From Azolla caroliniana (taxonomy: Eukaryota > Plantae > Polypodiophyta): a DNA stretch of 64,000 nt. The notes beneath the pieces are model-generated. The model did not search any database. It had not been told where the DNA came from and saw only the letters and a program-made list of their open reading frames with translations. The translations under genes were made by a program, and so were the position numbers. The stretch is taken from the NCBI GenBank assembly GCA_043228905.1, contig JBHGNT010000005.1, positions 23,436,001 through 23,500,000 of the forward strand, in the 5' to 3' direction. How positions within the stretch are numbered: the first letter of the stretch is position 1; each line of letters opens with the position of its first letter. Shown in pieces: positions 43,301 through 56,128 of the stretch.

Positions 43301-44530
43301 CCCATCTAATGAGTATCGTTTGTGGGGAAACCTAAGTGCTTTGTCCGACAATGGCCGGTGGTTGGCAGTGTGGGTGGCAATGTTGGAAGGTAAGAAGTGG
43401 CAAGTAAACCCAGACCCAGGGAAGCTAGATAATGGTTGTAAACTATGGCTATTTGACAACAAGCCCCTACATGATTTGGAGTGGGATCCACTAGAGGTAT
43501 GGTGGCAGAAATCGGGAACGAACAAACTGGAGGGGTTTTTTTATTATAATACTAAGCTCGGAAGGCAAATCATTGGCTCCAAATCAGTGGGCGTTGCGCA
43601 GACTCGCAATAGTTGGAGGGATAAAGGCATATCAGGTGACTTGTTGAAGTCGTTTTGGAGGAGACTTTGGGCATTGGATATGCCAGAAAAAATAAAGGTT
43701 TGGTTTTGGCTTCTTAGTCATAAGGTGATACCCGTAGGGGAGTGGTTGATGTGTAGTGGTGGGGAGGTTGGTTGTAAGTTATGTGGCACTCTTTGGAATC
43801 GATACCTCATTGTTTTTGGAACTGTGCAGAGGCAATCAACATTTGGGGTAGATATCTCAGGATAGTGGCAGCATACGGAGTGAATGGGAGAGTTGTGTGG
43901 GGGTCCTTACAAGGTTTGAAGCTAACTAGGGAAGGTTGGGCGGAACAACTAAATCGACAGGGTCATGGATTTATAGTGCAGGGTGGCAGTGTATTCAAAT
44001 GTGTTGGAGTGAAACCTGGTACAAACTTTGGTTTTTTTGAGGAGATATGTATGTTGGTGGCATGCTTCTCGGTCTGGCACATTTGGACCAGACGATGTAT
44101 GTTTGTTTTTCAGCAACGAAAACTCCCAAGCAGTGAAGTGTTGCTAAACATTTGGTTCCAATTGGTATCTTGGCTGCACAGACGATACAACTCAATTGAA
44201 GGGAAATCGGATGAAGCAGAACGAGCTCGGTCAAAGTTTTTGTTGAAATGGGGCCGTTCTCCTGTGATGGTAATTCAACATCAGGGCCTAAATGGAACTA
44301 CCAAGCATCGAGATGGTCGTTTCCGTCATTGGCTTCCATCAGTGGACAGAAGATGTAATTATGTGGTTACCATGTAAAAAGAGTTAGCAGGATACTTTTG
44401 TTGTAAATAGCAGGATGGGGATTATGCTTAGTTTTGTGTGGAGTAGTGTGAGTTTTGTTGATTATGGCAGAACTTTGATGTACTTCGTTTGCTAACTAAT
44501 GGGAAGTAGTGTTTTTTTGGGGAAAAAAAA
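37301..44530 (+). mobile_element. Full-length degenerate L1-clade LINE
   Basis: ORF1 with a DUF4283-like region and CFYCKKKGHIVKEC knuckle. ORF2 has TWNIQ, LQEHH, SDH, WRPITLLN, KQGCPLAP and zf-RVT. Poly(A) from 44523. TSD AATACCACTTTGT (37288-37300) / AATGCCACTTTGT (44531-44543). Confidence 0.9.
39490..39910 (-). mobile_element. Solo LTR of the Tcn1-like chromovirus, inserted in the L1
   Basis: TG...CA termini, homologous to 14703-15097, perfect TSD CTAGC/CTAGC. Confidence 0.94.
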
Positions 44531-44559
44531 AATGCCACTTTGTTATAACTATGTGTTGC

Positions 44560-44800
44560 CTTTCATCTCTTCTTTTTTGTTGAATTCTAATGGTTGATTT
44601 CTTACTACATTTGCAAATGAAATGTCAACATATTGTTGTCTAAAATGCATCTTTTCTTCTTTTATTGAATTCTTGTGGTTGATTTCTTACTACATTTGCA
44701 AATGAAATGTCAACATATTGTTGTCTAAAATGCATCTTTTCTTCTTTTATTGAATTCTTGTGGTTGATTTGTTATACATTTGCAAATGGAATCCAATGCA
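44560..44800. repeat. 85-bp tandem repeat, ~2.8 copies
   Basis: TGGTTGATTT recurs at 44591, 44676 and 44761. Confidence 0.85.
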
Positions 44801-45879
44801 TCATATTACTGTCTACATATAATACCTTTGTGCATTGAAGCTTTTTGTCATGGTATATGCACGTAGAATTAAAAAACATTTATTAATTTTCTTTTATACC
44901 GCAATTGAATTTTAGTGGGTCAATGCACTTAGTTTATTTGTAGATATGGAAAATAAGAATCTTTCCTCGACTCATTGGATATCATTAAACATTCCCTTTA
45001 TGAAATTTGATAGTTGCATCACGTTGTCCATTGTATCTTGATGTCCACCACATGTAGAGTTTTCGTCTTTAAGACCCCAAGTTATGTTAGAATATTAGAA
45101 AATGTTTTTTTTATTGTGGAGTTCTAGAACTTTTTATAATAATAGTAAAAGCCTTTGTCTCACATAGATTTCATTTGAAGATTTTAGTAGGTTTAGGAAG
45201 CCACTTTGTTTCATTGCATGTTGAGCCATTTAACTATTCTTTACCAGCTTAATGACTTGAAGAATCGCTTGGTTTGGTTGTGTTGAGAGTCTATTACTAA
45301 TCAATAGACCAAATAAAAATAAAAGAAAGGTGAATAGATTGGATAAAAGAACCCAATCCTCCCAACCACCCTTGAGTTATCATCAAGACATAGCCAACCT
45401 ACCACCGACATCCGATATCGACATATATTTGGTTGATTGGTACCTTGGAATAGGTAACATGTTTGTCGCGACGAAATCCAAGCCTACACCATTGGTGTAT
45501 GAAGAATTTAACCTTTCAACGTAATGTGTTTCATGAGGGTAGCTAGGCCTCATATTTATACTTCTTCCTAGGCCCCTTGAATTGATGTGCTTTTCGAAAA
45601 GACTTTCCATTCATTGGTTGTTAAGATCATGATAGTGCATGCACCTATGATTCCTTGTATCCATTCATATTAGTCACTTTCTAACATTATTGAACATACC
45701 CTCCACTTATGTTTTGAAAATATTAGTGACCTACTCGCACCTACATTATGTGTGTGTAACATACAACCAAAAAATTGCACTCTTGCAATATAAAGTGAGG
45801 GAATGTGTTGTGAGAGTATTCTCTCGTTACCAGATGGCATCCATAATATGTTTATCCATCAACATAAAAGAATTATATC

Positions 45880-47200
45880 TAGTGGATATATGTTTGGAGC
45901 TACTATATAGGCAAATTATTAGATAAGAATGTATTACTCCCACTTAGAAAGGGTTTTTGCTACATAAGCCCAAAGCATGTCCTCAATAATTTGATTAACC
46001 ATTTAGTTTGTCCATCAAACGGAGGATGATCCATGGAACTCATGCTTAAATTAGTTTCTAGCTTCCGAAAAACTTGAGTCTAAAAGTTACTAGTAAACTT
46101 GGAATCTCGATCACTAACAATATCCATTGATAACTCATAAAAACATAATAACCCATCAACAAATTGACAAACCAATTGTTGAGCAATCGTTTTTGTAGGA
46201 AGAAATCTAGCCAATTTTATTAGTATGTCAATGACAACCCGAATGACATCATGACCCTTTTGTGCAAGAGGTATACTAACAATAAAATCCATATAGATAC
46301 TTTCCCATTTGCTATTGGGAATATCTAGGGGATGCAAAAGACCATAAACTTTAAGCAATTTTGTCTTATTAATCTAACATTTTAAGCATTGAGTCACATA
46401 TTTACGCACATCATATTTTAGGCAAGAAAAATGCAGTAGAGATGAGAATGGGTGTTCATTGTATTCCAAGATGGGCGGTAGATGGGTATCATGACATTCA
46501 TGAATAATTGTCTATTTGACGTTTGGTAAATTTGGAACACAAAACTTTCCATTACTGTTGAGCAAATTGTTTGCCTTTGAGGCTAAGGTGCTACTAATGA
46601 CATCTAAACCAAATTTGACTTTTGCCCAGTATTTCGAAAAATAACTTCCATTAAGGTATTTCCCTTGGAGGTGATCTAAAAGATCAAAATTTATTTCCGT
46701 GAAGATCATCTGCAAAAATGTTAGAATCCTTGTGATACTATATCGAGAAATCAAAATCTTGAATAAGGTATGTCCAACGAGCATTACAACCAACAAGATC
46801 TTGTTGGTTACAAACATACTTTAATAAAAGCATCTACAATAATGTTCATAGAATCCTTGGGATAGTGTATTGAATAAGATTCGTCCAATGGGCTTTATGA
46901 CCAACAAAAACTTGTTGGTTACAAAAGTACTTCAATGATTGATGTCTATTGTAACCACAAATTGATTTTCATATAGACACCGCCTTCATGCTTCAAGTAC
47001 ATATATATAACTGCGTACAACTCTTTCTCTTGAGCTAAATACCAAGATTGAGTAGAATCATGCTTTTTGCTTTCAAAAGCAATAGGATGACACCTTGATA
47101 AAATATGACATCAATAGCACAATCATTAGCATCGATTTTGAACTCAAAAGGCTTTAAAGGGTTTGATAATAAAAGAGTGGAATCTTGACACACACGGTCT
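45880..47200 (-). mobile_element. Highly decayed Ty3/gypsy RNase H-integrase fragment
   Basis: GLLHPLDIP..KWESIYMDFI and IVSDRDSKFTSNF. Confidence 0.75.
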
Positions 47201-47221
47201 TTGAGTCATGACTTGAGAGTA

Positions 47222-49594
47222 AGAGAGAGAAAGAAAGAAAGAAAGAAAGAAAGATATATTAACGTCTTCTAAGGCCAAAATTGGCCTATGAGACAAATGG
47301 TTTACAACAAAAAATGGGATACTTACCCATTCATTGAGAGTAAAAATTAAATAAAAATAAGATAAAATAGAGTTTAAGCCAAATAGTTCTAGTAAATAAT
47401 AAACATGTTCATATAAAAATCATGTTCTACAATGAAAATGTTATACTAGGCCTAATTTCATTTCCATCCAAGTCTCTCGAAGAGAAGCGGGAGGTCAAAG
47501 GGTTGCAATGTGGATGTGGCCCGTGATGTCAATGTAAAAGGTACCCCAACCATAACTTCTAGTCGACGTAGCTCACATTCCCTTATCTTCTTAATCTTTT
47601 CTACTCCACGCCGACTTGTTTGAAGCCCAACATCCGAGGGCATTTAGTTGTTCTTTGCATTTCTGCTTCCTCAAGTGAGAGGCCGAGCGGCGTAAGTGTA
47701 TCCACATTCATCGTCTCCCCTTGTTCCTGAAAATTTACACTAGTTACATATTGATGAATAGTAAAAGGGTTATGGTTAACACTTTGTAATTTATTCTCCC
47801 TATGTTGTTTTAGCTCTAAAATATACTTACCTAGTCTCTTTTCGGGGTATCTAATAGTTTGAAGAGGGTGGGAGAGGGTCCTAATATGTCTTGGTATTCC
47901 GCCCGTATCTCGGCATAAGTTGGGCACTTGCATGTGAAGTGATGCTCATCCTCTATCTCTATGTGGCATAACCTACATAGCCTTTCCTCTCTAGGGACTC
48001 TATTAGCCCGACCATTCTCAATCTCAAGTTGGTGAGATGATATCCTAAGTTGTCCAATGGCCACCACCCTTAGTGCATTTGATAAGAATGTATCTAGATA
48101 TCTTGGTCGTGTAATAAAACCTAACTTAGAGAAGTGCAAGAAGTGTTCCTTATAGTACAACATTTTAGATGGGAGTGGCTCTGGTGGGGTGATCCATTTA
48201 TATCGAGTGTAAATTTGCCATATTTCTTGGCGTATCACTTTATTACTATCTTCATGAGAGAGAGTTTGATCAGTCCCATGGTTGTACTTAAGGGGGGGTA
48301 GGTTATTAATATCTATGCCATTTGCAAGTAACCAACTCACCACAGTGCTATACCAAGAGCTAGTATCTCCAGACGCATGTAGGGATCGGGATGCCTCAAA
48401 GGCTCGACATGATATCCTATCTTGTGGTTGGCTATGTATCCGATGAATAAAAACTACCACTTGAAAGAGTGCTTCTACTAATATCGGGGGTAGACTGAAC
48501 GATGGTCTAATAATGTCATGTGGTACTGTCGATTTGCTTTGGAGTTGACGTGATAACAACGTCACCAAAGGTCTCTCTAATTGCGTCCACATGAAAGATG
48601 GTAGCCCCGGAGCCCATACTACTGATGCATACATGATGGGAAGGGGTCACTAATGAGTCCAAGAGCCATCCCTTGGTCCGTGGCTCTTGAAAGTATGCCT
48701 GGTGGCATTGTCTCTCTAAGAGTGAGAGGGATGCATACTCGCTCATTAGCCTATCTTTGGTTGTTTGGGTCATCGAGAATTTACCTGAGCGAGCACTAAA
48801 AGTGACTCCCAAGTATACATATGATCCAACTACCTCAACTAGTTTATGAGAGAGGGTTAGGTGACATTTACTCCTAACTCGGGACGATGTATGAAAGATA
48901 AGGACTTTAGTTTTCACTAGATTCACTACCAGTCCTCGTTGTGTACAAAAGTCATCTAGGGCATTAAGATGCTTTTGTAGGTCGTGTTCTGACTCCGAGA
49001 GCAAAACAATGTCGTCTGCGTAAAGTAAGAGGCTAACTTGCGTATCCCCAATAGCTACTCCCTTGCCTCCCTTACGAGCAATAAATTATGTGATCTCATC
49101 AATGTAGATCCCAAAAAGAGTCGGTGATAGGGGGCAACCCTGTTTCACACCAATGGTGCTAGTGAAACAATAAGATAGGCCACATGGGCATCTTACGCAC
49201 CCAAAGGCTTGCTCATATAGGACATAAATGGCCCAGATCATGTCATTTGGTATCTCCAAGCTCTTAAGTCTATCAAACAACCTCTCCCTAGGAATTGTGT
49301 CAAAGGCTTTGCGGAAGTCCACAAAGAAACAATATAGTTTCTTCTTACGAGCCTTCGTCTGGTCAATTAAGCACCTAAGTGTGAAGATATGGTCAATGGT
49401 GGAGAATGCTTGTCTAAAGCTAGCATGCTCAAGTGCTTGAAGACTTAATGTTTCCATATAATCGTTGAGCTCCACTTCCAGTACTGCACCATATAGTTTA
49501 GTGAGCGTATGACCTATATAAAGGTCCTATATGTATTTGGGTCCATTGGGTCCCCTCCTTTATGTATAGGGGCCACTGTGTTCATGGCCCATTG
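47222..49594 (-). mobile_element. RTE-X-like LINE lineage C, RT to 3' end
   Basis: STIDHIFTLR, GVKQGCPLSPTLF, LYADD and IENGR..RLCRLC..EDEHHFTCKC. 3' stem-loop and (TTTC)n tail. Confidence 0.88.
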
Positions 49595-52500
49595 CATGGT
49601 TGTAACATACGTAGCATACCGTACGCATACAATACGTATGTTACATATTTTATAAGTACTCTAAATTTTTTTTATAAGTTCTTTGAATACGTATTTAAAG
49701 GTAGAATACGTAGAATACGTTAAATACATTTTGAATATGTGGTTGAATATGTTAAATTCTTGAACACGTTACACCATTGATGTTGAATGCACATATACTT
49801 GGAATTTGATTAGTAAAAACGAATTATTTTTATTTCCCATGGATAACACATGCTTATCTATGTTTCAATACATGTGGTATACAATGTACATATTTTTAAA
49901 TGAAAGTGGAGATTCAAGAACATAATTGAATTTTGAATCAAAATGCATATTATTTCAACACTCATAGAAAATGAGTAAAGTGATAAAAAAACTATTATAA
50001 TTTAAAACTTTCTTCATACTCATAGTAAAAACCAACAAAACATTATCTCCATGCAATTTTCGATTATGTTTCTTCTTCTACATCATCATTAGAAGATTCT
50101 GTTGTTGTATCATCATAGTTGTCCACATAATCGCTATCAGAAGATGAATCAACTATGGCATTGTCAATGTCTTCATCCTCTTGATCTCCATCATCATTAC
50201 CATATTCAGCATTGCAAGCCTCAATTGTAGTTTGTCGAGTATTTACCCTTCTTGTACTTGCAACTCTCGCACAAACTCTTCTAATAGTGCTAGAACTTGA
50301 CCCCACCAATCCTTCATCCACTATCATATTGGCAAACTTAGATCTACTTCGAGTAACCTGACCAATATGCATAGCCTTTGCTTCCTCAAAATATGCTTGT
50401 GCGACTTGAGTATCAATATTGGTTGTTGATGGAGGCATTTCAACAATCTTGTCAGTGTCTATCTCATCAGGATTTACCTAAATCAAATAATATTTTGGTA
50501 TCGTAATCATGATTCATAATATTTAAACCATAACCAATTAACAAGGTTCGTTAATTAACCTACAAATGATTTTTTAAACATCAAGTGTCAAACATGAGTA
50601 AGAAAGATGTAGACCTGCATTGGAAGACCAGCATGAGTTTGAAAGTTTCGAACAAGCCTTAAGTTTTCTCTAACATATACTAATCTCTCCACTTGTTTCA
50701 CCTTCAAACGGTTCCTCCTTTTTGTATGTGCCAATGCATGTGCATTCCAATTTCTTTCGGCAGCTCCAGAAGAGCAATCCTATGACACAAAGTATTAAGC
50801 AAACAATACATGTCATTGTAGAAGATTAATAAAATTGAAACATTAATAAAAAAATGAACTATAATACTTGAGACAATACTCTACAAGCTAATGACTGTAG
50901 TAAGGGCACATTGTCCCCATATCTTTCCCACCATGAAACAGGTTTACATTTTGCAATGTGTGACTTTTATAGTTCATTGCTAAATCGGCCCACACCATTT
51001 CTATACATGTCAAATTGATCTTGCAAGATTTCACATTCATCTATAGAATATACCTTTTGAATATATGCAAGCCATCCATCCTTCATCTCTTCATTCATAA
51101 TAATTGGTTGATCTTTGGGCTTCCATAAAGGATGCAACATATGTGCAACAATTTGAATTGGCTTTTTGAACCACGACCAACGACAATCAAAACATTCCAA
51201 AACCTCTTTATATCTGCATTAACATTTGGCAAACTTAAATCAAAAGTGGAAATCAGTTACCAAAATATGCATAATATAAACAACAACAATGATTCAAAGA
51301 AATGAAAAAGATGCAATAAACAACAATTGTACATACTACATACATAGTACATAGAAATAATAATATTAGAATAGAAACATATTACTTGTCCTTGTTTAAT
51401 GTGTCTTCTCTCGCTCCTCGTTGCAATGTGTCTCTAGCCCTCCTCATGAACTCATAAAGTAAGCCCATTGTAGATCCTTCACGATTAGTTAGCCGCAAAA
51501 CAGAAAACAATGAACACATAATCGAAATTACAATCATAATTGAAGGCAAAGTAGAGCTATCTTGCACAATGGACTTCACCTTGACAGCATTTGGCCTTTT
51601 GGAGTCACTCCAATACTCCCAATAGTTACTAACCACAGTTTGTTCAAGGGCTCTCTAAACTCTTGAGAGCCTCTCAAGGACAATAAGAATATAGCCAAAT
51701 CGAGTGGCACTTGGCCTAAGGAGCACAAGAGATGAATAGTTGCTGAAATTTTTTCGTTCATTCCTTTTCTTGGTGAATAGTCTAACCACATAATTTTCCT
51801 TATTGTGCACTCCACAAACCCAAGACAACTTCCCAATATCCTCTAGCAATAAATCTAAACAATGTGATGCACAAGGAGTCCATACAAGGTTTGGGAATTC
51901 AGTCTCTAGAATGTGACCCATGCTAACACAATTAGATTAATTGTCAGTGACAATTTGCACCACATTTTCTGCTTTTACTTCATTTATTGCAGTTGATAGC
52001 TTTTCAGCCAACCATGGACCATCGACCCTTGTAGAAACACCACTACAATCAATAGTTTTAAGGTACATTGTGCCATAACAACATGAGACCAAAATATTCA
52101 CAAGTGCTCGCTTGCTAGTGTCAATCCATCCATCTGAAAGCATGGTAACTCCATATTTTGGCCAAAGGGCTTTCACATTTTCCACTTTGTGTTGCACATT
52201 CAAATGCTCTTTCTTTAAATATTTAACTCTTAAATCATTGTAGGCAATACCACTATACTTTTCCCCAATATCAGAGAAAGCTAACAACATGTTCCTCCAA
52301 CTTGAAATTTTCAAAAGATTAAAAGATAGATTACCTTCTACAATGCAGCTAACCAACATTGTGTTTGCATGGTCTTTCTTGATCAACATAACAACACTTG
52401 ATCCTCTCCTTATTGTGCTTTGAGTGAGACTTTTTCTTCTTGAACCTTCTGTATCTTCAATATCAATAGGAATTTGGTCTATTGAATCCTTCTTAGATGA

Positions 52501-54146
52501 GGCACTTATGCTAGCCATTGAAGGTTGTGATTGGAACATTGAATCAACCATTGAATCCACCATGCCTTCTTGAAGCTCAATTTGTTGTTCCATGGCTTCC
52601 ACTTCTTTAATGGGTTTTAGCTTCTTGCGAGTCAATTCACTTTCTTGTGCTACTGTCATAGCCTCTTGATATGCCTCTAGAGTTACTTGCACACACTTGT
52701 CTATACCTTCACCTTTAATTCCAGCAAGGTGAGCAACTAAACGTGTTAGTGTCCCAGACCCATGAAAACCACATAATCTACAATCCCAATAATAGTTCCC
52801 AGATGACTTCCCAGCTTGTTTGTTCACACAATATTTATCCCATAAGGGGGATTCCTTCCGTGGCATAGTTGATTGAGTATGACAAGTTCTAGAGACTCGA
52901 AGTTGTCTTTTATATTGTCCTAGATTCATGAATTCACAATGTTAAATGTGTGAATAAGGAAATCATGTGATGTAACAATGTAGGAAGAAATTGTTTGAAT
53001 GATAGGCATAACCAAATAACAAATCTGAATGGAAGATAGCTACCTAAGCAAATGGCATTCCATCCCTATTAAGAGGAAAAAATTAGAAATTAATTATAAA
53101 GAGCACCATATGGAACTTTTACCTGTGATGTAGGCGTGCTCTTGTATGAAGACACTATTCTTTGATAAGCCACCACAAGCTATTTGCCATCAACATTGTT
53201 GTATTAAAGAAGGGATAGACACACATATACCAAACCATACATGTAACATGTTATACTATTATCTATACAATAGTCTATTTATGCATATAAATTGATGGAA
53301 TTTGTGTTTTGATGAATTCAATAGGAAAAACTCCAAACAATCTTGGATGGCGTTGTGGCGGTGATTTAATATCTCTACCGAATCACCGATAATTAGCTTT
53401 TATCAAATTAATAATCATTGAAGAATGCTTGAGAAGAGAGTAAGAGTGTAGTATATATAACACACTACATCAATTGACCATAAAGCTTATCACCCCCCAT
53501 AACGCTTATTCTTCGATGAAACAAAGAAGACTAAAGTGGGGAGAAGTAAGAAACTACTAATGCCTCCAAGTCTTGCAGTATTTCCACAGAAAATGAGTGT
53601 TGAAGAAGCACTTTTTTGCAATAACCCCTTTCCACAAATTGAGGAGAAGGAAGAAGTAATCTATCCAATGATTGAAGGATTTTATTTAGGCTTTCTAACT
53701 GAATAATTGTGACTAAATGAGGGAGAAAGAAGAGATGATTTCTTCCTGATTTAGTCCAACTTGCTGCTCAATCATACAATATCAATGGAAAGAAAGGAAA
53801 TTCCTCCTTACTTACGTCTAAGTTCAAAAGCAATTTCTCCTCAATTATGAATGCAAATAAGTTAATCAACAGATTTTGAAGCATTTTGATAGGAAAAAAG
53901 TCACTAAATTAGGGAGAGAAATCCCTAATTAAGCCCATCCAATATGCATGCCTTCCAAAGAATTAACATTTTCAAGAACATCAAAAACTAAAACGGGCAG
54001 AAAAAAGAGATAATTTTCTACAATATATATCCAAATTACAGGTAATGAATTGAAGCTTAATGGAGTCATGTCAGATAATCAGCAGATAGATGACTCTTCA
54101 AAATTTTAATTACATGTAGGGAGAAGGAAAAAAGCATACATTTCCC
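49595..54146 (-). mobile_element. hAT DNA transposon within LINE C
   Basis: Terminus CATGGTTGTAAC with ATACG subterminal repeats and an internal transposase. The far terminus matches only CATGG. Confidence 0.75.
50064..52866 (-). pseudogene. hAT transposase pseudogene (BED zinc finger, DUF659, dimerization domain, introns)
   Basis: WDCRLC..HL, SDGW, VVQIVTDN*, WTPCASHCLDL, SWWE.YG, SSGA.ERNW and KRRNRL. In-frame stop at 51937 plus a frameshift. Confidence 0.9.
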
Positions 54147-55075
54147 CATGGTAGGTCGAGGTATGGAAGGCATTGGAATGGGTGGTTGGTTGGGGACATG
54201 GTAGAGTCTCTCTATATATGTGTGCCAAATATTGGGATCCTCGATGGGTGTTTGTGGTTTCGGTTCCCGTAGTCTCTTCCATGCAAGGGCGCAGTCCCTA
54301 CTCATGAGCATATGGTAGAGTTCCCAATATTGAGATGCTTCCCAAGCTCGTCTTTTACGATGTGTCATCTTGCGCATCTCTTTGCGAGCTTGTACTGAGG
54401 AAATAGTACCACTAAGTCACGACACTTTAAGTTGCCTATACAACTCTCTACAACCGTCATCATACCACTTGTTTTGTGGCATAGACCCTATTCTACTATG
54501 ATTGGAGTGTTTCGTGTATGGGAAGCTACTAATTGCTGTTGAGTGGAGGATGTGTGTGAATTCTGTAGTGAGGTTCTCTAAAGGCATGGAAGAATCAAAA
54601 GAGGAGAGATGGGCTTGAACATGTCCAGAGTAGATGTCAGCGAGCTGATGCGTGAAATGTATTATGGTGTGGTGGTTTTGGTTGACTAGAGTTGGTGGCG
54701 TGGGAGTTGTCGCATTTTAGCTCAAAGTATAGGAAGCTATGGTTTGCACCAATAGGGCATGGGGCCACCCAGAAGGAGTTAACCATGTGGGTAGCTTCAG
54801 GGCGTCCTATTAGGTAATCAATTGTGCTTTCCCCTCCTCCATGTGGGAAACATGTGAGCTCTTCCGAGCCCGGCCACTTGGCTAAGCCATTATATATGAT
54901 CATCTGGTGTCGGCTTCCAAGTTCAAGTAGATGATGGCCAAAGCTTGTGGCGTCCGCACCTTGGTCCTTTGATGTACGTGTGAGAAGAATATCAGATTAT
55001 GTCATCCGATAAAGGTTCGTATGGAGAAGGCCCATGTGGCATTCCTTCATCAACTATACTCGCCTCTCTAGCCAT
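54147..55075 (-). mobile_element. RTE-X-like LINE lineage C, endonuclease/linker fragment
   Basis: IIYNG..WP..TCF..STIDYLI and KWYDDGC, colinear upstream of the RT part at 49594. Confidence 0.78.
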
Positions 55076-55125
55076 ATTAGGATTAGAATTAGAATTAGAA
55101 AAATAGAAAAAGATAAAGATAGAAG

Positions 55126-55163
<38 letters not shown>

Positions 55164-55832
55164 AGGACTAGAATTAGAAATTTTATCGTCCATAAAGAGG
55201 CCAATTTTGACCTATGGGACCAAAGTATACATGTGTTCTTGATATGTGTCTCCTTCCTAAGAACAAGTATTCATACATTGAAGTACAAAGTCTCTACGTG
55301 TGAATAAAGCATGCACATATGAGCTCAACCTTCTAAGTGGTGTCTTAAGTATGACACTTAAGTTATCACTCCCTCTTAGTATGTCAACATATCTTGAACG
55401 AATTGCACTATATGTCGCACATGTGAAGAGCAAGTGACATTCATCCTCCACCATGCCTTTATTACATACTTTACATGTCTTCAAATTCGTTACATTTTGA
55501 TACCATGATACAACTTCAATACCTAACTAGTGAGATCAAGTGCGAAGTAGTGTAAGGGCTCTACGATCATTACTACTCATATTGGTAATGAGATAAGGTT
55601 GGATGTAACGATAAATAAGCATTCTTGCTTTATATTGAGACCAACATTCAGGGTTGATATTTGCAATGTAGTATTCTAGCTTTGTCCTCTTACCATCTTC
55701 CCACTTCATCCTTAATGATTCCACCAACCTTTCCGCAATCATTACATAATGCATAACATCGCCCAAAAGCTCTAAAACATCATCCACGCCCCATCTTCTA
55801 AACCATTTCCTTATGTCAACAACCCAACTGGA
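55076..55832 (-). mobile_element. RTE-X-like LINE lineage B, 3' fragment (from SSWVVDIRKWF) with tail
   Basis: TCKVC..VEDECHLLFTC, 3' stem-loop at 55188-55220, and a (TTCTAA)n/(TC)n tail. Confidence 0.85.
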
Positions 55833-55890
55833 CATTATGCCTCGCTAATGTCCTGGAGCGACCGAGGCTTCGCCCACTAAATATTGTATG
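55833..55890 (-). repeat. Isolated ~1.2 units of the 48-bp minisatellite seen at 21645-22256
   Basis: Minus strand CATACAATATTTAGTGGGCGAAGCCTCGGTCGCTCCAGGACATTAGCGAGGCATAAT. Confidence 0.8.
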
Positions 55891-56024
55891 TCAGACTCGG
55901 CCAAGCATAAGAAGTGAATCCATGTCTCCCCTATAATCCTTGGCTTATTCCCTATAATGTATACATACAGACATTATTACATATATGTATGCATATATGG
56001 ATCCATGCAGTGTATTTCATGTCT

Positions 56025-56052
56025 CTAACCCTAACCCTAACCCTAACACTAA
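56025..56052 (+). promoter_or_regulatory. Short (CCCTAA)n telomere-like/telo-box tract upstream of the PPR gene
   Basis: CTAACCCTAACCCTAACCCTAACACTAA. Confidence 0.55.
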
Positions 56053-56128
56053 ATAATGACCTGGTTCTAACACAAATGGCATTTTCTATTGTAAAGAAGA
56101 CCCCTTTGAGCCTCCAGGCCTTATTCAC

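Noticed and set aside
42725-43525. 266-aa minus-strand ORF, and the 169-aa ORF at 41510-42019
   Set aside because: They are antisense shadows of L1 ORF2 with no recognisable domain.
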